NCBI GenBank assembly: GCA_965222075.1
Contig: OZ244937.1
Coordinates: 992,001 to 1,056,000 of the forward strand
From: Candidatus Latescibacterota bacterium
Lineage (GTDB): Bacteria; Latescibacterota; UBA2968; GCA-2709665
Length of the DNA stretch: 64,000 nucleotides
Direction: 5' to 3'
The notes under the pieces are model-generated. The model was not told the origin of the DNA, did no database searches, and saw nothing but the letters and a program-made list of their open reading frames with translations. Positions 47,989 to 58,290 of this stretch are shown in pieces. The stretch's first letter is position 1. Each line of letters begins with the position of its first letter. Made by a program: the position numbers and the translations under genes.

Positions 47989-50900
47989 ATGGCCGTGTGG
48001 CGTTGTCTTTTGAGTGCAGCAGCGTTTGTCATGCTCGCTGGGTGGGTTGCGGGCGTCTCTGCGCAGGAGTATTTCGGAAAGAACAAGGTGACCTACGACG
48101 ACTATGACTGGCACTATATCGAGACGGAGCATTTTACGATCTACTTCGATAGGGAGTCGCTGCCGGTGGCGGAGTTTGCGGCCAAGGAGGCGGAGCGTGC
48201 GCTGGCGCAGATCGAGAAGGATCTGAAGTATACGCTTAAGGGGCGCTATCCGTTTGTGGTTTACAATTCCCACAATGGTTTTTCGGTGACGAATATCTCG
48301 CCCCAGGAGATACCCGATGGTGTTGGTGGTTTTACGGAGTTTGCTCAGGGTCGGATTGTGATACCCTATACGGGTTCGTATGCGGATTTTCGGCATGTGA
48401 TTCACCACGAGCTGGTGCACGAGGTCACGGTGGAGATGTGGACGGGAGGGGGTCTTTTGGGTGGTGTGGTGGCACAGACGGCGTCGATTCCGCCCCTGTG
48501 GGTGGTGGAGGGTGTGGCGGAGTATCTTTCGCGTGGTGGGTGGGACATAGGTGCGGACAATTTTATGCGTGATGCGACGATAACGGGTTATGCGCCACCG
48601 ATTGAGTTGTTGGGTGGTCTGTTCGCGTATAAGGGTGGTCAGTCTGTGATGTATATGATCGAGCAGACGTATGGTAAGGAGAAGGTGGCGGAGTTTATTT
48701 CCAATTTTCGTTCAGCGCGTTCTGTGGACAAGGCCCTCAAGTCGTCGGTTGGCATAGGTCTGGAGGAGTTGGACGAGAAGTGGCAGTTGTGGTTGAAGCG
48801 TCAGTTTTGGAATGACATCAATCTGTATCAGCACCCCGAGGAGGTGGGCAAGAACCTGACCAAGCCGGCAGAGCAGCGGACGTATTTTGGTTATAATCTG
48901 GCTCCGAGTTTTTCTCCTCAGCGGGACAAGATCGCCTACCAGACGCTCAGCAGTCAGGGGACGTTTAACCTGCGCTTGATGTCAGCGATTGACGGCAAGG
49001 ACTTAGGCAGGCTTGTGGAGGGAGAGCGGTCCTCGGATTTCGAGTCGATGTTTTTGCTTCGTCCGGGTGTTACGTGGTCTCCCGATGGGAAGCAGATTGC
49101 CTTTGCTGCGAAGTCGAACAACAAGAATACGCTTTACATTCTGGAGGTTCGCAGGAAGAAGGTGAGGAAGCGTTTCAAGTTCGACCTTGACGGTTTGTTC
49201 GAGCCGGCGTGGTCTCCGGATGGGAAGCGTATTGCTGTTGTGGGTTTGAAGCATGGGTGGTCGGATATTTACATTGTGAACCTGGATGACGAGTCGTTGG
49301 AGCGTATCACGAACGATCCGTATGATGAGAAGCAGCTGGACTGGTCTCCGGATGGGGCGTGGATAGCGATGAGTTCGGATCGTCCCGATACGGCATTGGC
49401 GTTTGACGGTCAGAAGGATTTTCCGTTTGGTCAGTATGATATATTTGTGGTTCGTCCGGATGGTTCTGAGATTCGTCGTGTGGTTGCCCACGAGGCGGGT
49501 GAGGTTCATCCCTCGTGGGGTGGTGACAGCGAGACGCTGGCTTTTGTGTCGGACCGTACGGGTGTGGGTAATATCTACATTGCGCATTTAGACAGTGGTG
49601 TGGTGTATCCGGTGACGAATCTTCTTGCGGGTGGTCAGGGTGTGGACTGGCATTATATGGACTGGTCAGCGGATGGTAAGAAGATGGCGTTTACGTCTTT
49701 GCACAAGGCTGGTTACGATATTTTTGTGATGAGTGATCCGCTTTCGAAGCGGAAGCGGGCTGAGGATTTGCCACTGACGCGTTTTGCCAAGCGGGAGCAG
49801 GGTATAGAGGATAAGACGTTTGTAGAGCGTCAGCAGGAGCGTCAGAAGCAGGCGCAGGCGTCGCAGGGGGAAGGTGAGGGAGAGTCGATTGAGTTGGCTG
49901 TGGCGCCTGAGGACACCGGCGTGGTGGATCGGAAGGTCGAGAAGTGGGTGTCCGATCAGATGTCGCTGGCCACAGAAGAGGCAAAGTCGGAGGCTGGCGA
50001 AGCTGTGGAGGCGCCCTCCGACAGCAGCGCCGTGGAGGCACCCTCCGACAGCAGCGCTGGGGATGGAGAGGGTCTGGGCGCGGCGCTTGAGGGTTGGAAC
50101 AAGGAGTTCAAGATCAACAAGTATAAGATCAAGCTGAAGCCTGAGTTTTTCGGTGCCAACGCGGGTTTTGATACGTTTTACGGTGTGAGCAGCCTGGTGC
50201 AGTTGTCGATGAGCGATGTGTTGGGCGACCACCGTCTGGTGCTGTTGACGAGTGTGAATTTTTCATTGAAGGACAGCGATTTTTTCCTGACGTATGCGAA
50301 TTTGAAGCGGCAGACGAACTTCGCGGTTCAGGCGTTTCATACGCGTTTGTTCTTTTTCAGCGGGGGGGTGTTGAACGCCGACCGGTATTATGGAGGGGCA
50401 GCGGGTCTTGAGCGTCCGTTTAACCGGTTCACGCGTTTTGAGCTGGGCACGCGTTTTATTACCATCTCGCGCGACCGTCTGAACTCGTTCGCCAATCCCT
50501 TTGTGCGTGGGGGCTTCACGGGGGGGACGGTGCGTGGCCAGCCAGGTGAACACGTGGACACGCGTCGTGCGGTGATTTCCGAGGCTGCGCTTGTTGATGA
50601 CAATACGATGAACAGCCTGTTTGGTCCTGTGCACGGGCGTCGGTTGCGGCTCTCGTTTGAGGGGAGCTTTTCAGGGATGAAATACAGGACAGTACAGTTG
50701 GATTATCGCAAATATGTGCGTGTGCTGGACGACTATACCTTTGGGTTGCGGCTTGCGGGGGGCACCAGCTTTGGGCAAAACAGACACGTCTTCTTCGTGG
50801 GGGGTGTCAACAACCCGATCAACCCGAGGTTCTCCACCATCGCCTCTGTTGACGACAGCCGCATTTTCTTCTCCCGTTTCATCTGGCCCCTGCGTGGGGT

Positions 50901-51249
50901 TGAGCTGTTTGAGATGGCGGGCGACTCTTTTGCGCTGGCCAATGTGGCGTTCCGTTTCCCTCTGCTTCGACAGTTGACCCTGGGCTGGCCGCTGCCCCTG
51001 TTTTTCCAGAATGTGCAGGGCGAACTGTTCCTGGATGTGGGCGGGGCGTTTGACCGGGACAATTTCGACCCCTGGGAGGCACAAAGCGGGGGGTTTGAAC
51101 TGCGCGATCTCGAGGCGGGCTACGGGCTGGGTGTTCGGGTCAATATGGGTATTTTCCTCTTCCGCTACGACCTGGCCTGGCCTACCGACTTTGCCCAGAC
51201 CTACCATCCCTTGCAGTACTTCTCAATCGATTTTACCGGGATCTTCTAA
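47989..51249 (+). CDS. Outer-membrane protein: peptidase MA-like HExxH domain + PD40/TolB propeller + Omp85/BamA-like barrel
   Basis: Signal peptide, FGKNKV, HELVH...EGVAE, WSPDG repeats, PLRG, terminal Phe. Confidence 0.85.
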   Translation: MAVWRCLLSAAAFVMLAGWVAGVSAQEYFGKNKVTYDDYDWHYIETEHFTIYFDRESLPVAEFAAKEAERALAQIEKDLKYTLKGRYPFVVYNSHNGFSVTNISPQEIPDGVGGFTEFAQGRIVIPYTGSYADFRHVIHHELVHEVTVEMWTGGGLLGGVVAQTASIPPLWVVEGVAEYLSRGGWDIGADNFMRDATITGYAPPIELLGGLFAYKGGQSVMYMIEQTYGKEKVAEFISNFRSARSVDKALKSSVGIGLEELDEKWQLWLKRQFWNDINLYQHPEEVGKNLTKPAEQRTYFGYNLAPSFSPQRDKIAYQTLSSQGTFNLRLMSAIDGKDLGRLVEGERSSDFESMFLLRPGVTWSPDGKQIAFAAKSNNKNTLYILEVRRKKVRKRFKFDLDGLFEPAWSPDGKRIAVVGLKHGWSDIYIVNLDDESLERITNDPYDEKQLDWSPDGAWIAMSSDRPDTALAFDGQKDFPFGQYDIFVVRPDGSEIRRVVAHEAGEVHPSWGGDSETLAFVSDRTGVGNIYIAHLDSGVVYPVTNLLAGGQGVDWHYMDWSADGKKMAFTSLHKAGYDIFVMSDPLSKRKRAEDLPLTRFAKREQGIEDKTFVERQQERQKQAQASQGEGEGESIELAVAPEDTGVVDRKVEKWVSDQMSLATEEAKSEAGEAVEAPSDSSAVEAPSDSSAGDGEGLGAALEGWNKEFKINKYKIKLKPEFFGANAGFDTFYGVSSLVQLSMSDVLGDHRLVLLTSVNFSLKDSDFFLTYANLKRQTNFAVQAFHTRLFFFSGGVLNADRYYGGAAGLERPFNRFTRFELGTRFITISRDRLNSFANPFVRGGFTGGTVRGQPGEHVDTRRAVISEAALVDDNTMNSLFGPVHGRRLRLSFEGSFSGMKYRTVQLDYRKYVRVLDDYTFGLRLAGGTSFGQNRHVFFVGGVNNPINPRFSTIASVDDSRIFFSRFIWPLRGVELFEMAGDSFALANVAFRFPLLRQLTLGWPLPLFFQNVQGELFLDVGGAFDRDNFDPWEAQSGGFELRDLEAGYGLGVRVNMGIFLFRYDLAWPTDFAQTYHPLQYFSIDFTGIF
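50005..50058 (+). repeat. 27-bp tandem duplication in acidic linker
   Basis: VEAPSDSSA x2. Confidence 0.85.
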
Positions 51250-51447
51250 CCCGTCCCTGCGCCAACAGGTATAGGACCTGTCCCTATTGTGTGAGTGGGA
51301 GATCCACTTCTGGATGAGGCCTCCCCGGGAAGGGGGAGGCCTGCTGGTTTTGTCAGATTGTGGCAGGGCTTTCGGGGATTGTCTTTCTGGTGGGTCTGGG
51401 CCTCCTGATCTTTCACGCAGGGAGACCCTGAGTCTCCTTGGAGGAGG

Positions 51448-51765
51448 ATGAGCATGGCGGCAAAAGACCTCTATTTGGAGGGGTTGAAAAAGATCTCGGT
51501 GGGTGATTTCGGTGGGGCGATTGAGGCCTTCCGGAAGGCCCTGGGGGAGGATGACCGGTTTTTTCTGGCTCACCTGGGCTGGTCACAGGCCTTAGACAGG
51601 CAGGGCAACGTTGATGAGGCGATTGTTCAGGCGAAGAAGGCCATCGAGATTGCCCCCGACGAGCCTTTAGCCCATACCAGCCTCTCCCGTCTGTTTCAGC
51701 AGAAGGGGATGATTCCCGAGGCGGAAGAAGAGATGGCCATCTCCCAGCGCCTTCAGGGGACATAG
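51448..51765 (+). CDS. Small TPR protein
   Basis: TPR pattern; GGAGG RBS. Confidence 0.85.
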   Translation: MSMAAKDLYLEGLKKISVGDFGGAIEAFRKALGEDDRFFLAHLGWSQALDRQGNVDEAIVQAKKAIEIAPDEPLAHTSLSRLFQQKGMIPEAEEEMAISQRLQGT

Positions 51766-51794
51766 GTATCGGCCCGCCCTTTAGATTGCAGAGC

Positions 51795-51826
51795 AAGGGG
51801 ACGTTTTGGAGGAGCGTCCCTTTTTT
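51795..51826 (+). terminator. Rho-independent terminator
   Basis: gggacg...cgtccc stem followed by T-run. Confidence 0.65.
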
Positions 51827-51846
51827 GTGTTACCCCCAAATGGGGA

Positions 51847-53970
51847 ATGCCGATGGCTGACCTCAACCTGCGGTTTTCCGTTCTTCTGGTGGGGATGCTG
51901 GCAATGCTGCCGCCCCCATCAGAGGCGGGGTCCAGGACAAACACCCGGGTTCGTCCCTGCGGTGTGCTGGCGGATTCTCTCTTCAGGGCCGCGATGGCCG
52001 ATACGACGCGTCCGGTGAAGGAGAGGATCACGCTGTTGAAGCAGGTTTTGAAGGTGGACAGAAACCACACGGAGGCCCTGCACGCCCTGGGATGCCTCTA
52101 CATGGCACAAAATACGATCTTCAGTCGAGACCTGGCCCGCCGCAGGCTGGAAAGGGTTTTGCAGCTGGACTCCGAAAATGTGAGGTACCACGAGTCCTAT
52201 GCCACCCTGCTGCGTCGACAGGGGTTTTACTACAATTCGATGAGACATTTTAAGAAGATTTTAGAGATGGATGCCGACCATGCAGACGCGGCTTGCGAAG
52301 TGGGGGAGTACCTGCTTCGGGATATGCTCAAATATGTCGATGCCCGCCGGTTTGACGGAGGGGGAAGCATGCGGTCCTTCGGACTGGAGAGCCGGGACGA
52401 GGCCGCGGATTTTTTCCAATATGCGCTCCGGAAAGATCCTTACTGTCGGCGTGCCTATTACCGGCTGGGGTTTCTGAGTTTAGAGAGTGGGCGTCCGAAG
52501 GGCCTTGTGAGGCTCTCGAAGCTGCTGCTGGAGCGCTATCCCGGCGACCCGGACGGGCTGCTCTTCCTGGGGCTGGGATATCAGGAAATGGGAGATATGG
52601 AGAGGGCCGATCGGGCGTATCGGGAGGCGCTGGATTGGATGGGGGAGCGGGACCGGCGGGTGATGGAATCCCCTGAGTTGATCGGGTTGATTGCCGGCCG
52701 GGAAGAGCGGCTGGGCCTGGGGCTGTCCAACGGTCGGGATGCGCGCGGGGAGGCTGTTTTCACGCCCGGGTTGGCCCGGTTCTGGAAGGTGAGAGATCCG
52801 CTTTTTCTGACCCGCTTTAACGAGCGACGCATGGCCCATTACGGCCGGGTCGCCTATGCCAACCTCCGGTTTTCCAGGCCGGATGAAGGGGTGGTGGGCC
52901 GGGAGACCGATATGGGCAAGGTCTGGATCCGGTACGGCCGTTACCTGGGGAGGGAACGTACGATCGAGCCGTACCGGGAGGTCTGGGCCTACGAGGATTT
53001 TCGGATTGTCTTCTACTCATACGACTCTTTTCATTGGTGGATCGAATTTTCAAAAGATGACCAGTGGGTGACCGGGCGGTATGGGCGGGGGGACGTGCTT
53101 TCGTCCGGATTCGCCCGCCGGGAGCGCTATGTCGATCCCTATGCGGACCAGAAATACCGTTTGCCCACCCAGGTGGGGGTCTTCAAGGCGCCCGACAACC
53201 GTGTAAAGGTCGACCTTTCCTGGGCCCTCCCAAAGGTCCGGCTGGGTTATTTAAAGCTTTACGATACCTATCAGGTGAACCTGCAAGACGGGGTATTTCT
53301 GTTCGACGATGCGGACGATCCGGTGGTGCGTCAGGTGCGGCGTCGGGAGGTGTTTCGGGATGTCTGGCAGGATACGTTGAAGTCGTGTTATCTGCTGGAT
53401 CGGGCTTCGGTGACGCTGGAGGGTGGGGCTTTCCGGCTGGCTGTGGAGGTGAGGGATAAAGAGAAGGAGACGATCGGGACCTTCCGGGATACCCTCAATG
53501 TGGAGCCGTTTGGCGAGGTGAGGCTGGGGCTGAGCAGTATTATTCTGGCTACCCAGGTGATCGGAGGTGAGGATGGTGGCGGGAGGGGCCGCTTGCAGGT
53601 GATCCCCAATCCGGTCCGGACCTATACCCGATCCGAACCGCTTTATCTCTATTTCGAGGTCTACAACTTGGCGCAGGATGCCTTTGGGCAGACCCGCTAT
53701 CGCGTTGAATACCGGATAGGGATGCCCAAGTTGCGGCGTTTGCCCTTACGGCTGGACCGGGCCGCAAGGGCGCGGCTGGGCCTGGAGGGGGAACGGTGGA
53801 CCGTTTCGGTGGCGACGGACTACACGGGAGGCCGGTCCGACGAATCGCTGCACTTAGACGTCGCTCTGAGCGATCTGAAGCCCGGGTTACAGCTCCTGAC
53901 GCTGGTGGTCACGGACCAAAATACGGGATTGCGGGCAGGACGAGAGGCGCTGTTTCGGATCGTAAAATAG
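51847..53970 (+). CDS. TPR + GWxTD-domain protein
   Basis: FWKVRDP, RVAYAN, GRETDMGKVWIRYG. Confidence 0.82.
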   Translation: MPMADLNLRFSVLLVGMLAMLPPPSEAGSRTNTRVRPCGVLADSLFRAAMADTTRPVKERITLLKQVLKVDRNHTEALHALGCLYMAQNTIFSRDLARRRLERVLQLDSENVRYHESYATLLRRQGFYYNSMRHFKKILEMDADHADAACEVGEYLLRDMLKYVDARRFDGGGSMRSFGLESRDEAADFFQYALRKDPYCRRAYYRLGFLSLESGRPKGLVRLSKLLLERYPGDPDGLLFLGLGYQEMGDMERADRAYREALDWMGERDRRVMESPELIGLIAGREERLGLGLSNGRDARGEAVFTPGLARFWKVRDPLFLTRFNERRMAHYGRVAYANLRFSRPDEGVVGRETDMGKVWIRYGRYLGRERTIEPYREVWAYEDFRIVFYSYDSFHWWIEFSKDDQWVTGRYGRGDVLSSGFARRERYVDPYADQKYRLPTQVGVFKAPDNRVKVDLSWALPKVRLGYLKLYDTYQVNLQDGVFLFDDADDPVVRQVRRREVFRDVWQDTLKSCYLLDRASVTLEGGAFRLAVEVRDKEKETIGTFRDTLNVEPFGEVRLGLSSIILATQVIGGEDGGGRGRLQVIPNPVRTYTRSEPLYLYFEVYNLAQDAFGQTRYRVEYRIGMPKLRRLPLRLDRAARARLGLEGERWTVSVATDYTGGRSDESLHLDVALSDLKPGLQLLTLVVTDQNTGLRAGREALFRIVK

Positions 53971-54024
53971 TAAAGGCGCTGCTCGGCTGTCGTGGGTGTC
54001 GATCTGTAAGATCGGCGCTTTTTT

Positions 54025-55041
54025 TTACGCTCTGGGGGCAAACGATCGACTGCGGCGCAGCAGGAGGCTTACAAGGCCGGGGCCGCCGGTGATGAGGAAG
54101 GTGAGGTAGGCGATGCTATGGAGAACAGTGGCAAATGCAACGGCTTCGTCAAGGGGCACTCCGTAGAGGTGGTAGAGGCTCTGGCTGCAAAAGTAGTGGT
54201 AGGTGCCTATGCCGCCCAAACTGGGGAGAACGATGCCGACCGTTGAGATGGCCATAACCACCAGGGCGGCGGCGAGGTCGAGCCCGTAGCGTTCTGGAAA
54301 ATTGAAGGCCAGAAAGGGGAGGTAGACGGCCAGGATGTAAATCCCGCTGAGCAGGAGGGTGGAGATGAAGATTTCGGCATATCCCGCCACCGTGCGGATA
54401 GCCTCCATGCCCTGAAAGAATGAGCGCATCATTTCCACGAGGCGGTCAGCCAGCCTGTGTGATATGCCCCCAAAGATGCGCTGCAGAACCGTCAGGGTAC
54501 GTTCTCCATAGAGGGAGAGAACACCAAAGAGGATCATGAGGAGGAGCGAGACGAGGAGGGTGATCAAAGCCGCGGTTTCCATCCTGGGGTCTATGCGGGC
54601 GATTTCTGTTCGGAAGAAAAGGAGGGCGATGCCGAACAGGGCCGCCAGGACGAGCATGTCGATAATCCGCTCGACCACCACGGTGGCCAGAAGGCCGCTT
54701 ATGGGGAGGTCCCGGTCCTGTTTGACCGCGATTACGCGCGCAACCTCCCCCGCACGGGGAAAGAGGTTGTTTCCCGCATAACCGATCAGGACGGCCACAA
54801 AGGTTCGCCAGAGCGAGATGTCGCGGCTGATGGGCGCCATCAGGATCTGCCATCTCCAGGCGCGGGGAAGGTTGGATAGAAGGAGCAGGAGGGCCGTGGG
54901 AATAAGCCAGGAGGGCCGTGCCTGTTGAACCTCCTGCCAGAATCGGTGCAGGTCAATACCCCGAAAGGTCGCCCAGAGGAAGGCCCCGCAGATGCCCAGG
55001 ACAAGGGTGAGCTTGAGGAGGGTTTTCAGGTAGCGAGTCAA
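54025..55041 (-). CDS. Lysylphosphatidylglycerol synthase TM-domain (flippase-like) membrane protein
   Basis: RAWRW, NNLFPRAGEVAR, ERIID, PSLGGIG. Confidence 0.88.
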   Translation of the reverse strand: MTRYLKTLLKLTLVLGICGAFLWATFRGIDLHRFWQEVQQARPSWLIPTALLLLLSNLPRAWRWQILMAPISRDISLWRTFVAVLIGYAGNNLFPRAGEVARVIAVKQDRDLPISGLLATVVVERIIDMLVLAALFGIALLFFRTEIARIDPRMETAALITLLVSLLLMILFGVLSLYGERTLTVLQRIFGGISHRLADRLVEMMRSFFQGMEAIRTVAGYAEIFISTLLLSGIYILAVYLPFLAFNFPERYGLDLAAALVVMAISTVGIVLPSLGGIGTYHYFCSQSLYHLYGVPLDEAVAFATVLHSIAYLTFLITGGPGLVSLLLRRSRSFAPRA

Positions 55042-55050
55042 GCGCTGCTC

Positions 55051-55953
55051 TCAGGCCAGATAACCGAGTCCGCGGAGGGCGGTGTCTTTTTTTCGCCAGT
55101 TTTCATATACCTTCACGTGGAGATCGAGATAGACAGGGCGTTCTAAGAAGGCTTCGATTTTTTGCCGGGCATTCCTGCCGATCGATTTGAGGGCTTTGCC
55201 TCCCGTGCCGATGACAATGCCTTTCTGGGAGTTGCGCTCTACGATAATGTGCGCCTGAATGTAGGTTTTGGGGCGGTCTTCCCTGAATTCCTCAACTTGA
55301 ACGGCGACCGCATAGGGGACCTCCTGGCGGAGCTGGGAAAAGAGTTCCTCCCGAATGAGTTCTGAAACAAAGAAACGCTCCGGTTGTTCGGTGAGCATGT
55401 CATCGGGGTAGTACCGGGGTCCGGGGGGCAAAGCCGCTTCCAGAACAGACCGGAGCTGGAGGAGGTTGTCGCCGGTTGTGGCGGAGACAGGGAGGACCTC
55501 CTCTGCCGCAACCGTTGCGCGGATGGTGTTTAAGTACCGATTGACCGGGTCGGCGCTGACCAGGTCGGTTTTGTTGAGGGCGACCGTGCGGTGGGCGTGG
55601 GAAGCCGCAAAGGTGTCCTGGACCTCGCGGTCCAGGGTGTCTTCGAAGTTTGAGGCATCCACGATGCCCAGAAGGACATCCGCATCTCGCAGGGCGTCCT
55701 GGATCTTATTGCACATGATCTCCTGCAGCCGGTAGCGGGAATCGAGCAGCCCGGGCGTGTCTAAAAAGAGCATTTGAGACCCGGGTGTGGTGAGGATGCC
55801 CAGGATGTTGTTCCGGGTGGTCTGCGGTTTGGGGGTGGTAATGGAGAGCCGCTGGCCAACCAGGGCGTTAAACAGGGTCGATTTTCCCACATTGGGCCTG
55901 CCTACGATCACGATATAGCCCGACCGGAAGTCGGGAGAGGCGTTGGAGGACAT
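55051..55953 (-). CDS. era: GTPase Era
   Basis: GRPNVGKS, PQTTR, DTPG, NKTD, KH domain VIGTGG. Confidence 0.97.
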   Translation of the reverse strand: MSSNASPDFRSGYIVIVGRPNVGKSTLFNALVGQRLSITTPKPQTTRNNILGILTTPGSQMLFLDTPGLLDSRYRLQEIMCNKIQDALRDADVLLGIVDASNFEDTLDREVQDTFAASHAHRTVALNKTDLVSADPVNRYLNTIRATVAAEEVLPVSATTGDNLLQLRSVLEAALPPGPRYYPDDMLTEQPERFFVSELIREELFSQLRQEVPYAVAVQVEEFREDRPKTYIQAHIIVERNSQKGIVIGTGGKALKSIGRNARQKIEAFLERPVYLDLHVKVYENWRKKDTALRGLGYLA

Positions 55954-56017
55954 AGCTGACCTGGAAGCATTGAATCGTGAAGATTGCCAGAATTGAAGAT
56001 TGAAAAATCTTCAATCT

Positions 56018-56971
56018 TCAGAAGTAGGCGGACGCGGAGATCCGGTAGGTGTTGTCCAACTGGCCATGTTCGAGGAAGGCCAGATCGAAGCCGAAGCGGC
56101 CATACAGGTGGATTCCGGCGCCTGCGGTGAAGTGGTCTCCCTCTGCGCCGATTCGGAATGCGAGTTTGTCCTGGAAACGGTATTCGACACCTGTGTGCAG
56201 CCCTTCTATGTCTTCCAATCCCGACTTTTCCTCGCCGATGTGGACGCTTGTGCTCCATGTGATCCGGCCCCGCAAGACAGGGATCATTCGGGTGTAGGCC
56301 ACGCCGAGCAGGAGGCTGGGAGGGATGTGATCGGCGGCCCCTGAATCGAAGCTGATCCGGGTTCGGGTGAGGTTGCGGAGGGTCAGGCCGGCGGAGAGAT
56401 CCGGTCGGGGGGTATAAAGCGCCCCCAGATCGATGCCGTAACCGGAGCCACTGCCAGCGCTCAGATCGCGCCAGATCAGTTTGAGGCCCACGCCAAGGGA
56501 GAGGGTTGAGCGGGCCTTTCGCCCGTAGGCGAGGGTGAGGGTGACATCCGTGGTCCCCACCACCTGCGAGACAAGGGGGCGATTGTCGGGCCCCAGGGGC
56601 ACAGACGGGTTTTCCAGAGCCGTCAGCTTGATGCCATCCACGCCGAGGCGCAGAAGCCCTATGCCAAAGCCTCCAACGGATGAGGGGCCGGCAAGGGTGA
56701 AGGCGTCGTGGTTGACGGTTCCGCCGAACTGTTCGGCGTGTTGAACCTGGACCTCCCTCCGGCTCAGGCGGGCGAGCCCGGCGGGGTTCCAGTAGACGGC
56801 CGTGGCATCGTCGCTGATGGCCACAAAGGCGCTGCCCATACCCAGGGACCTCGCGCCGGCACCCAGCAGCAGGGGGTCGCCCCCGTAGCGGGAGGTATTC
56901 TGCGCCTCTGTTTGGCCGGCGGTTGACAGGAGGCTCAGCAGGAGGAGGCCAGTAAGGGGTGACCGCTTCAC
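56018..56971 (-). CDS. PorV/PorQ-family outer-membrane protein
   Basis: GARSLGMG, DATAVYWNPAGL, terminal Phe. Confidence 0.85.
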   Translation of the reverse strand: MKRSPLTGLLLLSLLSTAGQTEAQNTSRYGGDPLLLGAGARSLGMGSAFVAISDDATAVYWNPAGLARLSRREVQVQHAEQFGGTVNHDAFTLAGPSSVGGFGIGLLRLGVDGIKLTALENPSVPLGPDNRPLVSQVVGTTDVTLTLAYGRKARSTLSLGVGLKLIWRDLSAGSGSGYGIDLGALYTPRPDLSAGLTLRNLTRTRISFDSGAADHIPPSLLLGVAYTRMIPVLRGRITWSTSVHIGEEKSGLEDIEGLHTGVEYRFQDKLAFRIGAEGDHFTAGAGIHLYGRFGFDLAFLEHGQLDNTYRISASAYF

Positions 56972-57570
56972 CGGGGCGCTCCGCTTTGGATTTCTAAGGG
57001 GGGAATCAGGATGGCTGCGTTCCCCGGTTGGAGGGCTGACCCAAGGGCTTTGACATCACGCCCCCTGAGTTCTAAGTGGCCGAGGTTGGGCGATGTGGGG
57101 GAGCCGACCGGCTGGATCAACAGGGAGGGGGAGAAATAGAGCCTGGAGATTTCACGGGGGCCTTCGATCAGACGGCCGATAAAATCCAGCGGCAACCGCC
57201 GTCCCCGGAGCCGGAGGCCGTGGTTGCCCGGTTCGGGCGTTACGGGATCGATGCGGTTGGCCATGTGGAACAGCAGGGTTTTCCGACGTGTATGGGGGAC
57301 AGGCCCCCAGCTCTGGATCGGACAGGTTCTCAAGAGGCGTCCGCCCGCTTTGAGGACGACCTCCCCGGCTGGCAGGTCGATGACCAGATAATAGGCCTCC
57401 CGATCGGCCCGAACGAGGCGGTATTCGATTTCCAGTGCGGTTTTTTTGCGCCAGAGGGCCCGTTTTTGAGCGGACGGTTCAGGTTCTGCGCCGGCCTGTT
57501 CCGCGGCCTCCAGGCTGCCGGCCAGAAGGACCAGGATGGGAAAGAGGATATGGGGCTGTCGCAAGGTCAA
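56968..57570 (-). CDS. Exported hypothetical protein, degenerate L,D-transpeptidase-like
   Basis: TTG start overlapping upstream stop; YYLVID, GHLEL in place of HGCIRL. Confidence 0.6.
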   Translation of the reverse strand: MTLRQPHILFPILVLLAGSLEAAEQAGAEPEPSAQKRALWRKKTALEIEYRLVRADREAYYLVIDLPAGEVVLKAGGRLLRTCPIQSWGPVPHTRRKTLLFHMANRIDPVTPEPGNHGLRLRGRRLPLDFIGRLIEGPREISRLYFSPSLLIQPVGSPTSPNLGHLELRGRDVKALGSALQPGNAAILIPPLEIQSGAPR

Positions 57571-58199
57571 TAGATGTAGACCCGGCTGCCGGTTTTGGTG
57601 AGGGCATAAGCGGCTTCGAGATCGGCGTCGTTCAGGCGAATACAGCCGTGGGTGATGTGACGGCCGATCAGGTTGGGATACAGGTTGCCGTGAATCACAT
57701 AACCATCCCCCAGTTCCAGCGCATATTTTCCCAGGGTAATCGGGTCTAAACGACTGAAGTCCCACGGCAGGACGGGGGCGGATTGGCCCTGTTCCACAAA
57801 GGCCCATTTGGGCTTTTTCCAGATGGGGCCTTCGACCTTCCGCTGGACCTGGAAGACTTTCTTAGGCGTGTTAAAGTACCAGGCTTCCCGCTTTTTGCCC
57901 AGGAGCACCTTCCCGCTGCCGGTAGAGCAGACGGCCTCTTTGAGGATGCGGTCTCCCCTGCGAATCTGGAGGCGGTTGTGGACGGTATCGATGACAATGT
58001 AGGGGTCATTGCCCATAAACAGGGCCTCTTGAAGGTCCTGGATCTCGGCCTGGATCCGGGCCAGGGAGCGTTCATCGGGCACCTGGACGGATGGCTCCGG
58101 GGCTGGGTTCGCAGACGCGGGGGTGTCCCGGTAGAGGGCCTTGTAGAGGACTGCTGCTGCGGCCGGAATCAGAAGGAGAAAGAGGAGATATCTGCGCAT
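57567..58199 (-). CDS. L,D-transpeptidase (YkuD family)
   Basis: IHG...THGCIRL. Confidence 0.92.
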   Translation of the reverse strand: MRRYLLFLLLIPAAAAVLYKALYRDTPASANPAPEPSVQVPDERSLARIQAEIQDLQEALFMGNDPYIVIDTVHNRLQIRRGDRILKEAVCSTGSGKVLLGKKREAWYFNTPKKVFQVQRKVEGPIWKKPKWAFVEQGQSAPVLPWDFSRLDPITLGKYALELGDGYVIHGNLYPNLIGRHITHGCIRLNDADLEAAYALTKTGSRVYIY

Positions 58200-58216
58200 G
58201 GTGAGGGCCTAAAACC

Positions 58217-58252
58217 GGAAAACCGAGAAGGGGTTTCGCTTCTCGGTTTTCC
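58217..58252. terminator. 14-bp stem hairpin
   Basis: ggaaaaccgagaag-N8-cttctcggttttcc. Confidence 0.6.
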
Positions 58253-58290
58253 AGAGCATTGCACGATTGGGAATCAATCGACACCGCGGT

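Noticed and set aside
51250-51445. Structured RNA in intergenic region (hairpin aggcctcccc...ggggaggcct)
   Set aside because: Only a simple hairpin; no recognisable riboswitch or tRNA features
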